From contig JAIPGM010000007.1 in the NCBI GenBank assembly GCA_021735655.1, forward strand, positions 1 through 64,000: DNA of 64,000 nucleotides, read 5' to 3'. The number at the start of each line of letters is the position of its first letter. Position 1 is the first letter of the stretch. A program made the position numbers and the translations under genes. This document shows positions 8,388 to 21,705 of this stretch, one piece after another. Source of the stretch: Candidatus Omnitrophota bacterium. GTDB taxonomy: Bacteria > Omnitrophota > Gorgyraeia > Duberdicusellales > 4484-171. The notes under the pieces are model-generated. The model saw nothing but the letters and a program-made list of their open reading frames with translations. It was not told where the DNA came from and searched no databases.

Positions 8388-9665
8388 TTACCTCTTACTA
8401 TAATATTTAGCTAATATTTCAGAAACTGGTTTACGCATTACTCGCTCGTCAACTACTTCTTGATTTTGTAATTTTTTTCTTAATTCTTTTCCGGAAATTA
8501 AAATCTGTTTATATCCTTTACCTTTAGACTCTTCAACTAAACCAACTCGACCTAACTCTTGAAAGTAAGCAGCAAATCCAACCTTAATCGGCTCTATTAT
8601 CAGTGCTCCGTTTAGGTTGGAGAATTTCTCTTGGGCGTCGAAATCACCCCAAGCCGGAGCTCCATCATCGAAAGGAGCGTCAGCGTGCTTGCGACCAATA
8701 ATAATATTACTAAAGCCATAGTTCTGACGATAGATAGCATGCATTATTGCTTCTTTTGGTCCGGCATAAAACATCTTCATATCCAGACCAATCAGCATAA
8801 GTTGCTGACCTAAATCATAACCCTTGCTCTTCCAAAGTTCTGAATCCTTATCACCCTGGCCTAGAAGTTTATTCTCGATTAAAACCTCATAAGTTTTCAT
8901 TCTTATGTCCGCTGGAACATCATCAGATTTAGTAGCGCCAACCAAAGGATTCAAAACAACTCCGGTAAAAAACCCTTCTCGAGTAAGTTCCTCAGCTCCG
9001 TGGACCAAGGCATATTCGTGAGCCCGGTGTAAAGCATTCCTGGTTTGAAAAGCAACTATTTTTTGCCAGCCCTTCTTTTTAAATATTTCTCTGGTTTCAG
9101 AAGGAGTAAGCATGTATTTTCCATATTCAGGATGTAATTTCTGAGGTAAGGCTAAAATCTTGCCGCCTAAAAGATAATCACGCTGATCATCGCTAAATAT
9201 ACGCGGACCAGGATGATCAATGCGTTCAGTTCCATATACTGACTTATTGTAAGCGGTTTTGTCAAAAGGATAAATATCAGATATCTCTAGAGACCCAATT
9301 ATTTCCTGAGACTCATTCCTAACTACTACTGTCTCACCAACTTCTAAATTATCAGCCTCGGACTTAGATATTGCAAAAGCTAAAGGTATAGTCCAGGCAT
9401 AAGGCTTACCATTTCTTTCTATATATTCATCAGCTAAAACTTTATTGAACTCAAGCCTAGCCATCGGACCTTCAAGCGGAGATAGACCACCGTCAGCAAT
9501 TCGATAAAATATTGATAAATCAGCATTAGAAATATTATAAACTTTTAATCTAGATATCTTATCGAGAAAAACTTCTCTCTCTAATTTAGGAATAAATCGA
9601 TCAATTAAGCCGCAACCACCATGAGCTAAAATACTATTGCCATCCATTATTTTCTTCCCCCTCAA
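8388..9665 (-). CDS. sat: sulfate adenylyltransferase (ATP sulfurylase)
   Basis: 425 aa with QTRNALHRAHE and GRKHADAPFDDG motifs. The true start may be the internal Met at about 9647. Confidence 0.8.
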   Translation of the reverse strand: MRGKKIMDGNSILAHGGCGLIDRFIPKLEREVFLDKISRLKVYNISNADLSIFYRIADGGLSPLEGPMARLEFNKVLADEYIERNGKPYAWTIPLAFAISKSEADNLEVGETVVVRNESQEIIGSLEISDIYPFDKTAYNKSVYGTERIDHPGPRIFSDDQRDYLLGGKILALPQKLHPEYGKYMLTPSETREIFKKKGWQKIVAFQTRNALHRAHEYALVHGAEELTREGFFTGVVLNPLVGATKSDDVPADIRMKTYEVLIENKLLGQGDKDSELWKSKGYDLGQQLMLIGLDMKMFYAGPKEAIMHAIYRQNYGFSNIIIGRKHADAPFDDGAPAWGDFDAQEKFSNLNGALIIEPIKVGFAAYFQELGRVGLVEESKGKGYKQILISGKELRKKLQNQEVVDERVMRKPVSEILAKYYSKR

Positions 9666-9708
9666 TTCGCCTATTCTTTCTTAAGATATAGTCAAATTGG
9701 TTGTTCTT

Positions 9709-10437
9709 TTAACTTAAAAATTTATTAACTTCTAAATATTTTATTATTTTCTTTGCTGCTTCCTCAGGTGAAATATCTTTGGTGCTAAGAGTAATTTCGG
9801 GGTTTTGAGGCGGCTCATAAGGATCATCAATACCAGTAAAAAGTTTCAATAATCCCTGCCTTGCTTTTTTATAAAGACCGCGAGGATCTCTCTTTTCACA
9901 CTCCTCAAGCGGTGTATCAACATATACTTCAATAAAATTATTACACATTTTCCTCACAAAACTTCTTGATTCTTGATAAGGTGAAATAAAAGAAGCTATA
10001 ACAATAACTTTATTTTTCTCAAGCAAGCTAGCTAATAACCCTACTCGCTTGATATGTCTATCTCTCTCAGACTTAGTAAAACCGATCTTAGGAAATATTG
10101 CTCTGATTTTTTCACCGTCTAAGCGTTCAACATTAAAAGACTTAGCCGTAAGTATCCGATAAAGATTCTCAGCAATGGCTTTTTTCCCTGCGGCAGAAAG
10201 TCCGGTTAACCAAATCACACAAGGAATCGCCTCTCTACGACCAAAAGAAATTTTATCCCAAATTCGTTCATGAAAAAAATAAATCGCCATCTTGCTAACA
10301 AATTCCAAAAAACCAACCGTAAAGGCTAAACTTATTTTTCTTGTAAAAATAAATACAATGATTGATGTGGCTATAGTGCCGGCTGATCTCCAAGTAATAG
10401 CCTTAAGTATCGAACGTGCCTTTGTCTCTCTAAACAT
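9709..10437 (-). CDS. DUF2061-like N-terminal membrane domain fused to an APS-kinase-like domain with degenerate catalytic motifs
   Basis: 242 aa. Residues 1-65 contain RSILKAITWRSAGTIATS...FFHERIW (DUF2061-like, two TM helices). The C-terminal domain aligns with CysC, but the P-loop is GLSAAGKKA (canonical GLPSSGKST), DGDNVR is replaced by DGEKIR, and ENIRR by RHIKR. The FISPY and RDPRGLYKKAR blocks are retained. Confidence 0.6.
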   Translation of the reverse strand: MFRETKARSILKAITWRSAGTIATSIIVFIFTRKISLAFTVGFLEFVSKMAIYFFHERIWDKISFGRREAIPCVIWLTGLSAAGKKAIAENLYRILTAKSFNVERLDGEKIRAIFPKIGFTKSERDRHIKRVGLLASLLEKNKVIVIASFISPYQESRSFVRKMCNNFIEVYVDTPLEECEKRDPRGLYKKARQGLLKLFTGIDDPYEPPQNPEITLSTKDISPEEAAKKIIKYLEVNKFLS

Positions 10438-10440
10438 AAG

Positions 10441-11583
10441 TTATTTATTAAAAAACCTTCTAGTTGTTGATATTACATAGTTTATTTGCCGGTCAGTTAG
10501 CCAAGGATGGATCGGAAGGCTCAAAATTCTAGTAGCCATACTTTCGGCAACTTTAAGCTTACCACTTATCTTTACCCTCTTAAAAGCCTTCATCTTATGA
10601 AGACAAACCGGATAATAAATTCGTGAATGTATACCCTTGGAATTCAAGTAGTTAAGAAGTTTATCTCTTTTTGCCGAAATTCTCAAGGTATAAAGATGGT
10701 AAACATGTCTACAAGCCTTAGATTCACTGGGAATTTTAAGCTCTTTAATATCTTTAAAAGCATTGTTATATTTTTGAGCGACACTTCTTCTTAAATCATT
10801 AAACTTATTAATATGTTTTAACTTAGCTAAAAGTACTGCTGCCTGCATTGAATCAAGGCGCGAGTTATAGCCGATATAAGCAGCTCTATACTGGCTAGTT
10901 TGACCGTGATTGCGCAAGATAGTTAAAAAAGAAAACAACTTGCTATCATTAGTTGCAATCAAGCCACCGTCACCAAAAGCACCGAGATTTTTAGAAGGAA
11001 AAAAACTAAAAGCTCCACAATCGCCCAGAGAACCTGCTTGTTTGCCATTAAACTTTGCACCAAAACTTTGAGCCGTATCTTCAACCACAAATAAGCCACG
11101 GCTTTTCGCTAATTTTGTAATTTCGCTCATATTAGCTGCCAAACCATATAAATGCACCGGGATAATACCTACTGTATTCTTATTAATCGCTTTTTTTATT
11201 TTTAAAGGATCAATATTGTAACTTTCCGAATCAATATCAACAAATACCGGCGTGGCCCCTGAGTGTACAATACTTTCAGCAGTAGCAATAAATGTAAAAG
11301 GCGTAGTGATAATCTCGTCTTTCTTATCGAAATGCTCCTTACCTTTTATCTTTAAAGCCAAAGCCTTTAAAGATAAAATTAAAGCATCGGTTCCTGAAGC
11401 AACACCAAGGGCATGCTTTGTTCCTAAATAGTCTTCGGCCTTAGCTTCAAAATCCGAAACTGCCTTGCCTAAAATCCATTGCTGAGACTTAAGGCACTGT
11501 TTAATATTCTGATCAATCTCTTTTTTTAAAAAAGAATACTCTTTCTTTAAGTCTAGGAGTGGTATATTAAAATTTTTCTTCAT
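10441..11583 (-). CDS. DegT/DnrJ/EryC1/StrS-family PLP-dependent sugar aminotransferase
   Basis: 380 aa with typical family blocks GTDALILSLKAL, FSFFPSKNLGAFGDGG and the catalytic Lys region. Confidence 0.8.
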   Translation of the reverse strand: MKKNFNIPLLDLKKEYSFLKKEIDQNIKQCLKSQQWILGKAVSDFEAKAEDYLGTKHALGVASGTDALILSLKALALKIKGKEHFDKKDEIITTPFTFIATAESIVHSGATPVFVDIDSESYNIDPLKIKKAINKNTVGIIPVHLYGLAANMSEITKLAKSRGLFVVEDTAQSFGAKFNGKQAGSLGDCGAFSFFPSKNLGAFGDGGLIATNDSKLFSFLTILRNHGQTSQYRAAYIGYNSRLDSMQAAVLLAKLKHINKFNDLRRSVAQKYNNAFKDIKELKIPSESKACRHVYHLYTLRISAKRDKLLNYLNSKGIHSRIYYPVCLHKMKAFKRVKISGKLKVAESMATRILSLPIHPWLTDRQINYVISTTRRFFNK

Positions 11584-11591
11584 TTGCTATC

Positions 11592-14518
<2,927 letters not shown>

Positions 14519-14522
<4 letters not shown>

Positions 14523-15475
14523 TTATAAGCCTCCCTAAACCAATCTACTGTCTTCTTTAGACCTTGGGCAAAATCGACCTTTGGAGAAAACCCTAATAAT
14601 TCTTTTGCCTTTTGTATATCAGCATGGGTCTTCCTCACATCTCCAAGTCGAATAGGACAATAGTTAGGCTCTAACTTGCTTCCGATAATCTCCTTTAAAT
14701 TATTAAATAAATTATTCACCGAATTAGGTATTCCTAAGCCAACGTTAAATGCTTCCGAACCAACGTTATCCTTCTCAAGACACCGAATATTCATATCAAC
14801 CACATCGCTAATAAAAGTAAAGTCCCTCTCCTGATTTCCGTCTCCATATATCGGAGGACTCTTCCCTTCGAATAAACAATTTATGAACTTCGGAATAACA
14901 ACTGCGTATTCATCCTCTAGAGATTGACGCGGACCATATACATTAAAATACCTTAAATTTAAAATTTTCATATTATAAATTTTACTAAAAACATAGGAAT
15001 ATTGTTCAACGATCAACTTTGTGGCAGCGTAAGGTGAAATTGGTTTTGCAATCTCATTTTCTTTCTCTGGAAAATCATCCCTCTCTCCGTATATAGAGCT
15101 TGAAGAAGCACAAACTATCCTTTTTATACCAGCTTCTTTAGCCGCTAAAAAAAGATTTAAAGTTCCGCTAACATTAACTTTATGATAATCAAGTGGAGCC
15201 TCTACTGACTTCGGAACACTGCGTAAGGCTGCCTGGTGAGAAATAAGCTCTACTCCCGGTAAAACCTGATCCAATATTTTTTGATCGGCAAAGTCACTTT
15301 TAATAAACTTTATTTTACTAAAACTTTGTTCCAAATTGTCAAGATTACCAGTTATAAGGTTATCTACTACAGTGACCTCAGCGCCTAATTTTACAAGTTT
15401 ATCAACTATATGTGAACCAATAAAGCCAGCACCACCAGTAACTAAAACTTTTCTATCCTTAAGGCTATTAGACAT
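14519..15475 (-). CDS. NAD-dependent nucleotide-sugar 4-epimerase (WbpP/UDP-GlcNAc or UDP-GlcA 4-epimerase-like)
   Basis: 318 aa SDR enzyme with [13 protein letters not shown], catalytic YAATK and [11 protein letters not shown]. It is paired with a UDP-HexNAc dehydrogenase, as in WbpO/WbpP. Confidence 0.7.
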
Positions 15476-15477
15476 AT

Positions 15478-16779
15478 TTAAAGCACCTCCAAATTAAGAT
15501 ATTTTCTTTTATATACGTTGCGAGTATCAAAAACAAACTTTGAGTTCTTTCTAATAAGTTCATAGTCTAGATAAGAGTGATCAGTAACAATAACCACACA
15601 ATTATATTTTTGCAAATTACTCTTACTAAGAGCTACCGCTTTTAAATTAATTCCGTTTATCTTTAAGTATGGTATCAACGGATCATAAAAGCTCACCTTG
15701 GATTTTTTGCTTAGCTTTTCAATAATATCTAAAGCCGGAGACTCTCTTAAATCTTTAACATCTTTTTTATAAGTAACCCCAACAATCAAAATCTTAGCTT
15801 TTCTTAAAGAAACGCCCCTAATTTTAAGTGATTTCTCAAGCCGCTCAACTACATATCTAGGCATAAAGTGATCAATGTAAGCAGCTGAATCAATCATCTT
15901 GGTCTTAAAACCCATCTTTTTTGCCTTCCAGGAAAGATACATTGGATCAGCCGGAATGCAATGGCCGCCAACGCCTGGCCCAGGATAAAAAGGCATAAAA
16001 CCAAAAGGCTTTGTCTTTGCAGCCTCAATTACCTCCCAAATACTTATCCCTAGCTTATGAGCTACAATAGCAAACTCATTAACCAGGGCAATATTTACCA
16101 AACGAAAGGTATTTTCGAGAAGTTTTGCGCTTTCAGCTACCTCAGGACTAGATACTGAAAATACCTGTTTAATAATCTTAGAGTACAAAGCTTTGGCTAG
16201 ACTGGTCGATTTAGGGGATAACCCACCAACGACTTTTGGTATTTTTGCCAAAGTATGTTTTTTATCTCCCGGGTTTATTCTTTCAGGAGAAAAACAAAGA
16301 AAAAAATCTTTTTCGCTCTCCAAACCAGACTTCTCAAGAATTGGTAAAACTACCTCTCGAGTAGTTGTCGGATAAGAGGTGCTCTCCAAAACGATTAGCT
16401 GAGACTTCCGTAAATACTTCTTAATTAACTTACTAGCTGCAACTACATAAGAAATATCCGGTATCTTTACCTTACGCAAAGGCGTTGGCACGCAAATAAT
16501 TAAAATATCAGAATCAGCCAAAACTCGCCTTTCAGTGGTCGGTAAAAACTTCTTAGCTTTAATCAACGCTTTAATCGTCTTTGGGTCAATATCAACGATA
16601 TACTGCTTTGCCTCTTTCAATTTGTTTACCCGTAAAAGATTATTATCGAAACCGTAAACAAAAAAACCTCGCTTTGCAAAATCTACCGCCAAAGGTAAGC
16701 CAACATAGCCCAGGCCGATAATACAAATTTTAGCCTTTTTTTTAATTATTTTTTCTTTAAGTACCTGGTAGTTACTCAT
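15478..16779 (-). CDS. UDP-N-acetyl-D-glucosamine/mannosamine 6-dehydrogenase family (WbpO/Cap5O/TviB-like)
   Basis: Nucleotide-sugar dehydrogenase with IGLGYVGLPLAV, the catalytic Cys in GGHCIP and a C-terminal UDP-binding domain. The start is probably the ATG at 16779 (MSNYQVLKEK); the track's longer ORF begins at a TTG. Confidence 0.75.
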   Translation of the reverse strand: MSNYQVLKEKIIKKKAKICIIGLGYVGLPLAVDFAKRGFFVYGFDNNLLRVNKLKEAKQYIVDIDPKTIKALIKAKKFLPTTERRVLADSDILIICVPTPLRKVKIPDISYVVAASKLIKKYLRKSQLIVLESTSYPTTTREVVLPILEKSGLESEKDFFLCFSPERINPGDKKHTLAKIPKVVGGLSPKSTSLAKALYSKIIKQVFSVSSPEVAESAKLLENTFRLVNIALVNEFAIVAHKLGISIWEVIEAAKTKPFGFMPFYPGPGVGGHCIPADPMYLSWKAKKMGFKTKMIDSAAYIDHFMPRYVVERLEKSLKIRGVSLRKAKILIVGVTYKKDVKDLRESPALDIIEKLSKKSKVSFYDPLIPYLKINGINLKAVALSKSNLQKYNCVVIVTDHSYLDYELIRKNSKFVFDTRNVYKRKYLNLEVL

Positions 16780-16798
16780 CTTGATTTTAAAAAGCAAT

Positions 16799-18139
16799 CT
16801 ATCTTCCGATTCCGATATATTCAAATCCTAGGTCACGAACCTTATCGCGATCAAACATATTTCTTCCGTCAACGATCAACGGATAACGCATCAACTTCTT
16901 AATCTTTTTTAAATCTAGCTTCTTAAACTCTTCCCATTCGGTCAACAAGCAAAGACAATCACTGCCCTTTACGGCCGCATAAGGATCTTTAGCAAACTTT
17001 AACTTAGCTGTTTTAAAGATATCCTTTGCCTCAGAATAGGCTTGGGGATCATAGGCTGAAATTATTGCTCCTTGTTTTAAGAATGAATTTACGATATCAA
17101 CCGAGGGAGCAAAACGCATATCATCGGTATCGGGTTTAAACGATAAGCCTAAAATTGCAATTTTCTTATTTTTTATAATCCAAAGCCGATCTTTTACCTT
17201 CTCGATGAAATTATGACGTTGACCTTGATTAATATTTTTAATCTCTTTCAATAAATTAAATTCATAACCTAACTTCTTAGAAATATAAAAAAATGCTTCG
17301 ATATCCTTAGGGAAACAAAAACCACCATAGCCTAAGCCAGCATCCAGAAAGTCTCTACCAATTCTCTTATCCATACCCATGGCTTGGGCTATTTTTTCAA
17401 TATCGGCTCCGGCTAAATCGCAAACTCGCGAAACCGCATTAATAAACGATACCTTGGTAGCTAAAAATGAATTGCAGGCATGCTTTATTAGCTCAGCCGT
17501 ATTAATATCAGTAACTATAATCGGGACCTTAATTTTGGCATAGATATCTTTTAATATATTTTCAGCCTTCGTTGACTCAACCCCGATAACTATTCTGTCC
17601 GGAGAGAAAAAATCATAGATTGCCTTACCTTCCCTTAAAAATTCAGGGTTAGAGGCAATATCAAAGTCTCGGCTATTTTTTTTGTAGCGAGAAATAATAT
17701 CCTTTATCTTCTTTCCGGTCTGAACCGGAACAGTTGATTTTCCAACAATTAACTTATAAGAATTAAGATTATTAGCAACTACCCGAGCAACATTCTCTAT
17801 GGCGCTAAGATCAGCTGAACCATCTTTCTGCGGTGGAGTACCGACAGCAATAAAAATCACTTGGCTCTTTCTAATTGCCTCAGTTAACGAGGCTGAAAAA
17901 ACCAAGCCACCACTCTTAATACCTTTTTTAACCAAAGGCTCTAGATCCGGCTCAAAGAACGGTACTTTTTTGGCTTTTAAACTCTGGATTTTTTTCTTAT
18001 CTTTATCAACACAAATTACCTTATGCCCTAATTCACAAAAACAAGCTGCAGCGACTAAGCCAACGTGACCAGCCCCAACCACACAAAGATTATACTTTTT
18101 AACTGTTTTATTCTTTTGCTTGTTTGACTTTACTTTCAT
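16799..18139 (-). CDS. ugd: UDP-glucose 6-dehydrogenase
   Basis: Blocks VVGAGHVGLV, GGFCFPKD and GLSFKPDTDDMR are present. The likely start is MKVKSNKQ at about 18139; the track ORF extends to 18202. Confidence 0.8.
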   Translation of the reverse strand: MKVKSNKQKNKTVKKYNLCVVGAGHVGLVAAACFCELGHKVICVDKDKKKIQSLKAKKVPFFEPDLEPLVKKGIKSGGLVFSASLTEAIRKSQVIFIAVGTPPQKDGSADLSAIENVARVVANNLNSYKLIVGKSTVPVQTGKKIKDIISRYKKNSRDFDIASNPEFLREGKAIYDFFSPDRIVIGVESTKAENILKDIYAKIKVPIIVTDINTAELIKHACNSFLATKVSFINAVSRVCDLAGADIEKIAQAMGMDKRIGRDFLDAGLGYGGFCFPKDIEAFFYISKKLGYEFNLLKEIKNINQGQRHNFIEKVKDRLWIIKNKKIAILGLSFKPDTDDMRFAPSVDIVNSFLKQGAIISAYDPQAYSEAKDIFKTAKLKFAKDPYAAVKGSDCLCLLTEWEEFKKLDLKKIKKLMRYPLIVDGRNMFDRDKVRDLGFEYIGIGR

Positions 18140-18152
18140 TAATACCTTTCTT

Positions 18153-20561
18153 TTAATAAGTAGTATAATATTGAGATTTAGCCCCCTCATGCGTCTTATC
18201 AAAAGTTATGCTCAAACTGGGAAAGGCCTTTAAAACAAATTCAAACCAAACAGTATAGTTTTTTCCGCCAACTGAGGCCCTCTTAACATCTAAACCGAGG
18301 TCAAGCCACCAACAATGCAAATCAGTTCTTACTTTATATTGCTGTTCAAATAAGTCGCCACGATTATATTCATAACGCAAATAACTTCCTAACTTTACCT
18401 TCGGGGTTAACTGATAGGAAAAATCAAAAGTTCCCTGAGTGTCAGTTACCCGGGTATAGCGATGGCCATAGGTAAAAGAGTACCTTTCCTTCTCTACTTC
18501 TTCACCAGCTTCAAACACCTTATATTTACCTTTGGTAGTAAAATCAAGATTAAAAGAAGTTATTCTTCCTAGCTTGTTACCGTCTGAATTAGCATCATAA
18601 GTAACGTTAGAGGTAAGTGATAAGCCCTCCTTAGGATAGATCTCTAAATCAGCGGTTATAGTAGTAATTCGACTATTAGCACCTTCAGGATTAATCGTAT
18701 AGTTAAGAGCCGGGCTAAAATAAACAAAGTCCCACTTCTCATTTTCCTTATTTTTAACCTGCAACTTATTGCTTAGAACAAAACTAACTGTCTCGGACCG
18801 ACTTAAGCTATCAATTCCATCAAATTGAAAAACATTAGCGTTAGCTACAGTTGGCTCATGAGCGTAACTATAAGTTATCTCAGGAGTTATAAGGTGGCGC
18901 ACCTTATCTATCTCCTCGCCAAAAATATCCCAATCCACATCAAAAACCTTATAAAGTCTGCTACTTAAAGATGTTCCGCTGGTAAAGCCAATTCGCCAAA
19001 TATCCTCATCGCCAAAAGCATTCTTAGAGTAATATATTGAATTTAAACCAATGTTAGGTGAAATACTAAGCCACTTTATCTTATCCGAGTAGCTTAAGGT
19101 ATTTTTACCGTAAAATCTAAAAGCATCATCATCCAAATCAGAATTAGCATTCTTTTTAGCTAGATTAGATATCTTTTCACTAGAGTTAAAGTAAAGCTTA
19201 CTGTTTCCTAACTGTTGACTGAAAAAATCATAGCTAAGCTCTGGAAGGTACTCACTCATGCTTTCGTAACGATTAAACCTTTTCTGAGTTAATAAAGATA
19301 AAGAAGAATTCTGAAAAGGATAACGCATGAGAAGGTAACTCTTGGGGTTAGGGTTAAGCTCATACTCTTCCTCAAAGAAATCTTTAACAAAAAACTCATC
19401 GGAAAATTTATGAAACTCAGCAATTATCGATAAGTTCTTTATCGGTTCACCGTCATAAGATAATTCTGCCTTGTAGCGATCGTCTTCTAAATATTTATCA
19501 GCCTTTCCTGAGCGATCACCGTGAACTTTAAAAAGACTATTTCGCTTGCCGATTTGATAAAGCTTATCTTGAATCATATAGTAACGAGCCAAGGCTTTAC
19601 CCATTTTTTTGCTCTCCATCTTATGGGTTAAACCAAACCCCCAGCCTCTTTCCTCATACCAATCAATATTAAACCAATCCGTATGCTCTTCATTGAGTTG
19701 ATAGCGCCAGCGAGTCAGTAAAAAGTAACCCAGCTCATCATTGTGCCCCGGAACTATCTCAGCCGGAAAAGAGGTATCCTTTAAAGACTGGGAAAAATAA
19801 GGAATATAGAATACCGGAACTTTCCCCACCTTTAAAGTTACTTTTCTGGCTACTACTTTATCGCCGGGATAAATGGTTACCTCTTTTGACACCATCCGGT
19901 AGTGCGGCTCAGCTAAATCACAAGTTGTCATGTAGCCGTTTCTCATTACCAATTTGTTTTTACCTATTTTTTCTCCTTCCGGAGCCTCTCCATAAAAAGG
20001 AGTACTCTCAAAACGAATATTATTTATATCAGCATTATAAGTATTAAAATCATAAACTGCTGTTTCACCATAGAGAACTGTTCCCTCTCTGATTACTTTA
20101 ATATTTCCAGTAATATTAGCGATATTAGTATTAACGTCAAAGATTCCCTCGTCACAGTAAAGCTCAACATCTTTCTGGACCATCTTCACATTGCCTTTAG
20201 CATAAATTTTACCCACACCGCGCTGAAAATCTATTTCATCAGCATCAACAATTACCGGTATTTTTTCACTACCAGAAGTGGCTTTTTGATCAGGCTTAGA
20301 GCTATCATCGGTCTTTTTGTCAGTTTTAGCTTCTTTAGCTTTTTCATCTTGTTTAACTTCTTGAACTAGAGCCTTATCTTCTAAAGGAGATACCTTTTCC
20401 TCTCTAGTTAAAGAAACCGCATCAAGAGTAGACTTAACTGTAGTCAATTTACTAACCAATATCCCTTTGTTTTTGGAAGCAGAAGATAGCGGCGTGGTTT
20501 CACTATTAGAAAAAGCAACCAGCGGTAAGAAAAAAACAACCAGTACAATCAGTTTTTTCAT
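18153..20561 (-). CDS. lptD: LPS-assembly outer-membrane protein LptD (OstA family)
   Basis: About 800 aa. Signal peptide MKKLIVLVVFFLPLVAFS. The OstA-like N-domain is PVIVDADEIDFQRGVGKIYAKGNVKMVQKDVELYCDEG...GNIKVIREGTVLYGE. The large beta-rich C-terminal region ends in an aromatic residue. Confidence 0.6.
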   Translation of the reverse strand: MKKLIVLVVFFLPLVAFSNSETTPLSSASKNKGILVSKLTTVKSTLDAVSLTREEKVSPLEDKALVQEVKQDEKAKEAKTDKKTDDSSKPDQKATSGSEKIPVIVDADEIDFQRGVGKIYAKGNVKMVQKDVELYCDEGIFDVNTNIANITGNIKVIREGTVLYGETAVYDFNTYNADINNIRFESTPFYGEAPEGEKIGKNKLVMRNGYMTTCDLAEPHYRMVSKEVTIYPGDKVVARKVTLKVGKVPVFYIPYFSQSLKDTSFPAEIVPGHNDELGYFLLTRWRYQLNEEHTDWFNIDWYEERGWGFGLTHKMESKKMGKALARYYMIQDKLYQIGKRNSLFKVHGDRSGKADKYLEDDRYKAELSYDGEPIKNLSIIAEFHKFSDEFFVKDFFEEEYELNPNPKSYLLMRYPFQNSSLSLLTQKRFNRYESMSEYLPELSYDFFSQQLGNSKLYFNSSEKISNLAKKNANSDLDDDAFRFYGKNTLSYSDKIKWLSISPNIGLNSIYYSKNAFGDEDIWRIGFTSGTSLSSRLYKVFDVDWDIFGEEIDKVRHLITPEITYSYAHEPTVANANVFQFDGIDSLSRSETVSFVLSNKLQVKNKENEKWDFVYFSPALNYTINPEGANSRITTITADLEIYPKEGLSLTSNVTYDANSDGNKLGRITSFNLDFTTKGKYKVFEAGEEVEKERYSFTYGHRYTRVTDTQGTFDFSYQLTPKVKLGSYLRYEYNRGDLFEQQYKVRTDLHCWWLDLGLDVKRASVGGKNYTVWFEFVLKAFPSLSITFDKTHEGAKSQYYTTY

Positions 20562-20562
20562 A

Positions 20563-21471
20563 TTACTGTTTCTCAAGCTGCTCCTTAACCAGCAAGGCGG
20601 CTCCGACTATCCCCGGCTGTTTTAACTGAGCCTTGAGAACTTTTAAATTCTTCACTTGAGGCCACATGGCCTGTTGTCTTATCACCTGTAAAAGATATGG
20701 TCTAAACAAACCTAAGGCTCCAGACACCCCTCCACCTAGGATAATCGCCTCGGGGTTAAATACATTAACCATGCCCGATAAAAACTTACCTAAATTATAT
20801 GAAAATTCCTTCCAAAGCATAATAGCCTGTTTTTCACCTTTTAGGCCCCTTTGAAATATCTCACTTACTTCCTTAATCTTAGTTTTATTTCCTTTGAGTT
20901 GCCTATAGCGCTTTAAGAGATAACCATTACCAGTATAAGTCTCAATACAGCCTCTGGCTCCACAGCCACAAAGGTTTCCCTTTAAAGTTAAAGGTACATG
21001 ACCTAACTCAGCAGCGCTGGTTCTCCCAGTTAGAAGCTTGCCATCAATTAATACTGCTCCGCCTAAGCCAGTGCCGAGAGTTAAAAAAATAGCTTGTTTA
21101 AACCCCCGACCAGCACCACAGCGAGCCTCAGCAAGACCAAAAAGATTAGCATCATTACCTATAGCTACCGGAAGCTTGAGCTGTTTGATAAGCACCTCTT
21201 TTAAGGGAAAGTTCTTCCAACCAGGAATGTTGGGAAGATAATAGATGAATCCTTTTTTTGTATCGATTATGCCGGGGGCACCAATACCAAGGCCTTTAAT
21301 TGAAAAACCTTTAAAATCCTTTAATAAAGATTTAAGGTTCTGGATAAAAACGGTTTTTTTTCTTAAGTCAGCCGATTGGTAAATTCTTTCTTTAACTACT
21401 ACCCCCTTGGGGCTTACCAACCCAGCTTTTATATAAGTACCACCCCAATCAATGCCTAAAAAGACTGCCAC
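20563..21471 (-). CDS. ROK-family sugar kinase (glucokinase-like)
   Basis: 302 aa with LGIDWGGTYIKAGLV, the ROK signature region LGTGLGGAVLIDGKLLTG and the Cys motif CGCGARGC. Confidence 0.75.
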   Translation of the reverse strand: MAVFLGIDWGGTYIKAGLVSPKGVVVKERIYQSADLRKKTVFIQNLKSLLKDFKGFSIKGLGIGAPGIIDTKKGFIYYLPNIPGWKNFPLKEVLIKQLKLPVAIGNDANLFGLAEARCGAGRGFKQAIFLTLGTGLGGAVLIDGKLLTGRTSAAELGHVPLTLKGNLCGCGARGCIETYTGNGYLLKRYRQLKGNKTKIKEVSEIFQRGLKGEKQAIMLWKEFSYNLGKFLSGMVNVFNPEAIILGGGVSGALGLFRPYLLQVIRQQAMWPQVKNLKVLKAQLKQPGIVGAALLVKEQLEKQ

Positions 21472-21623
21472 TCCTACCTCTGATTTTTACTGATTTTATA
21501 TATAAATATTATTAAATTATTTATATACCTAGTATATACTATAGCTGTTATTTTTCAATCAAAAAATGCCTAATTAACAAGGAATTTAAGGGTTAGATTA
21601 ATTTTGAATGGGATTATTAAATA

Positions 21624-21701
21624 TGGTCGGGAGAGTGGGATTTGAACCCACGGCCTCAACGTCCCGAACGTTGCGCGCTAGCCAAGCTGCGCTACCTCCC
21701 G
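21624..21701 (-). tRNA. tRNA-Pro (anticodon CGG)
   Basis: The minus-strand sequence CGGGAGGTAGCGC...CAACG-TTCGGGA-CGTTG...GTGGGTTCAAATCCCAC-TCTCCCG-A-CCA folds as a cloverleaf with anticodon loop TTCGGGA. The T-loop is GTTCAAATC and the CCA end is encoded. Confidence 0.8.
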
Positions 21702-21705
21702 AATC

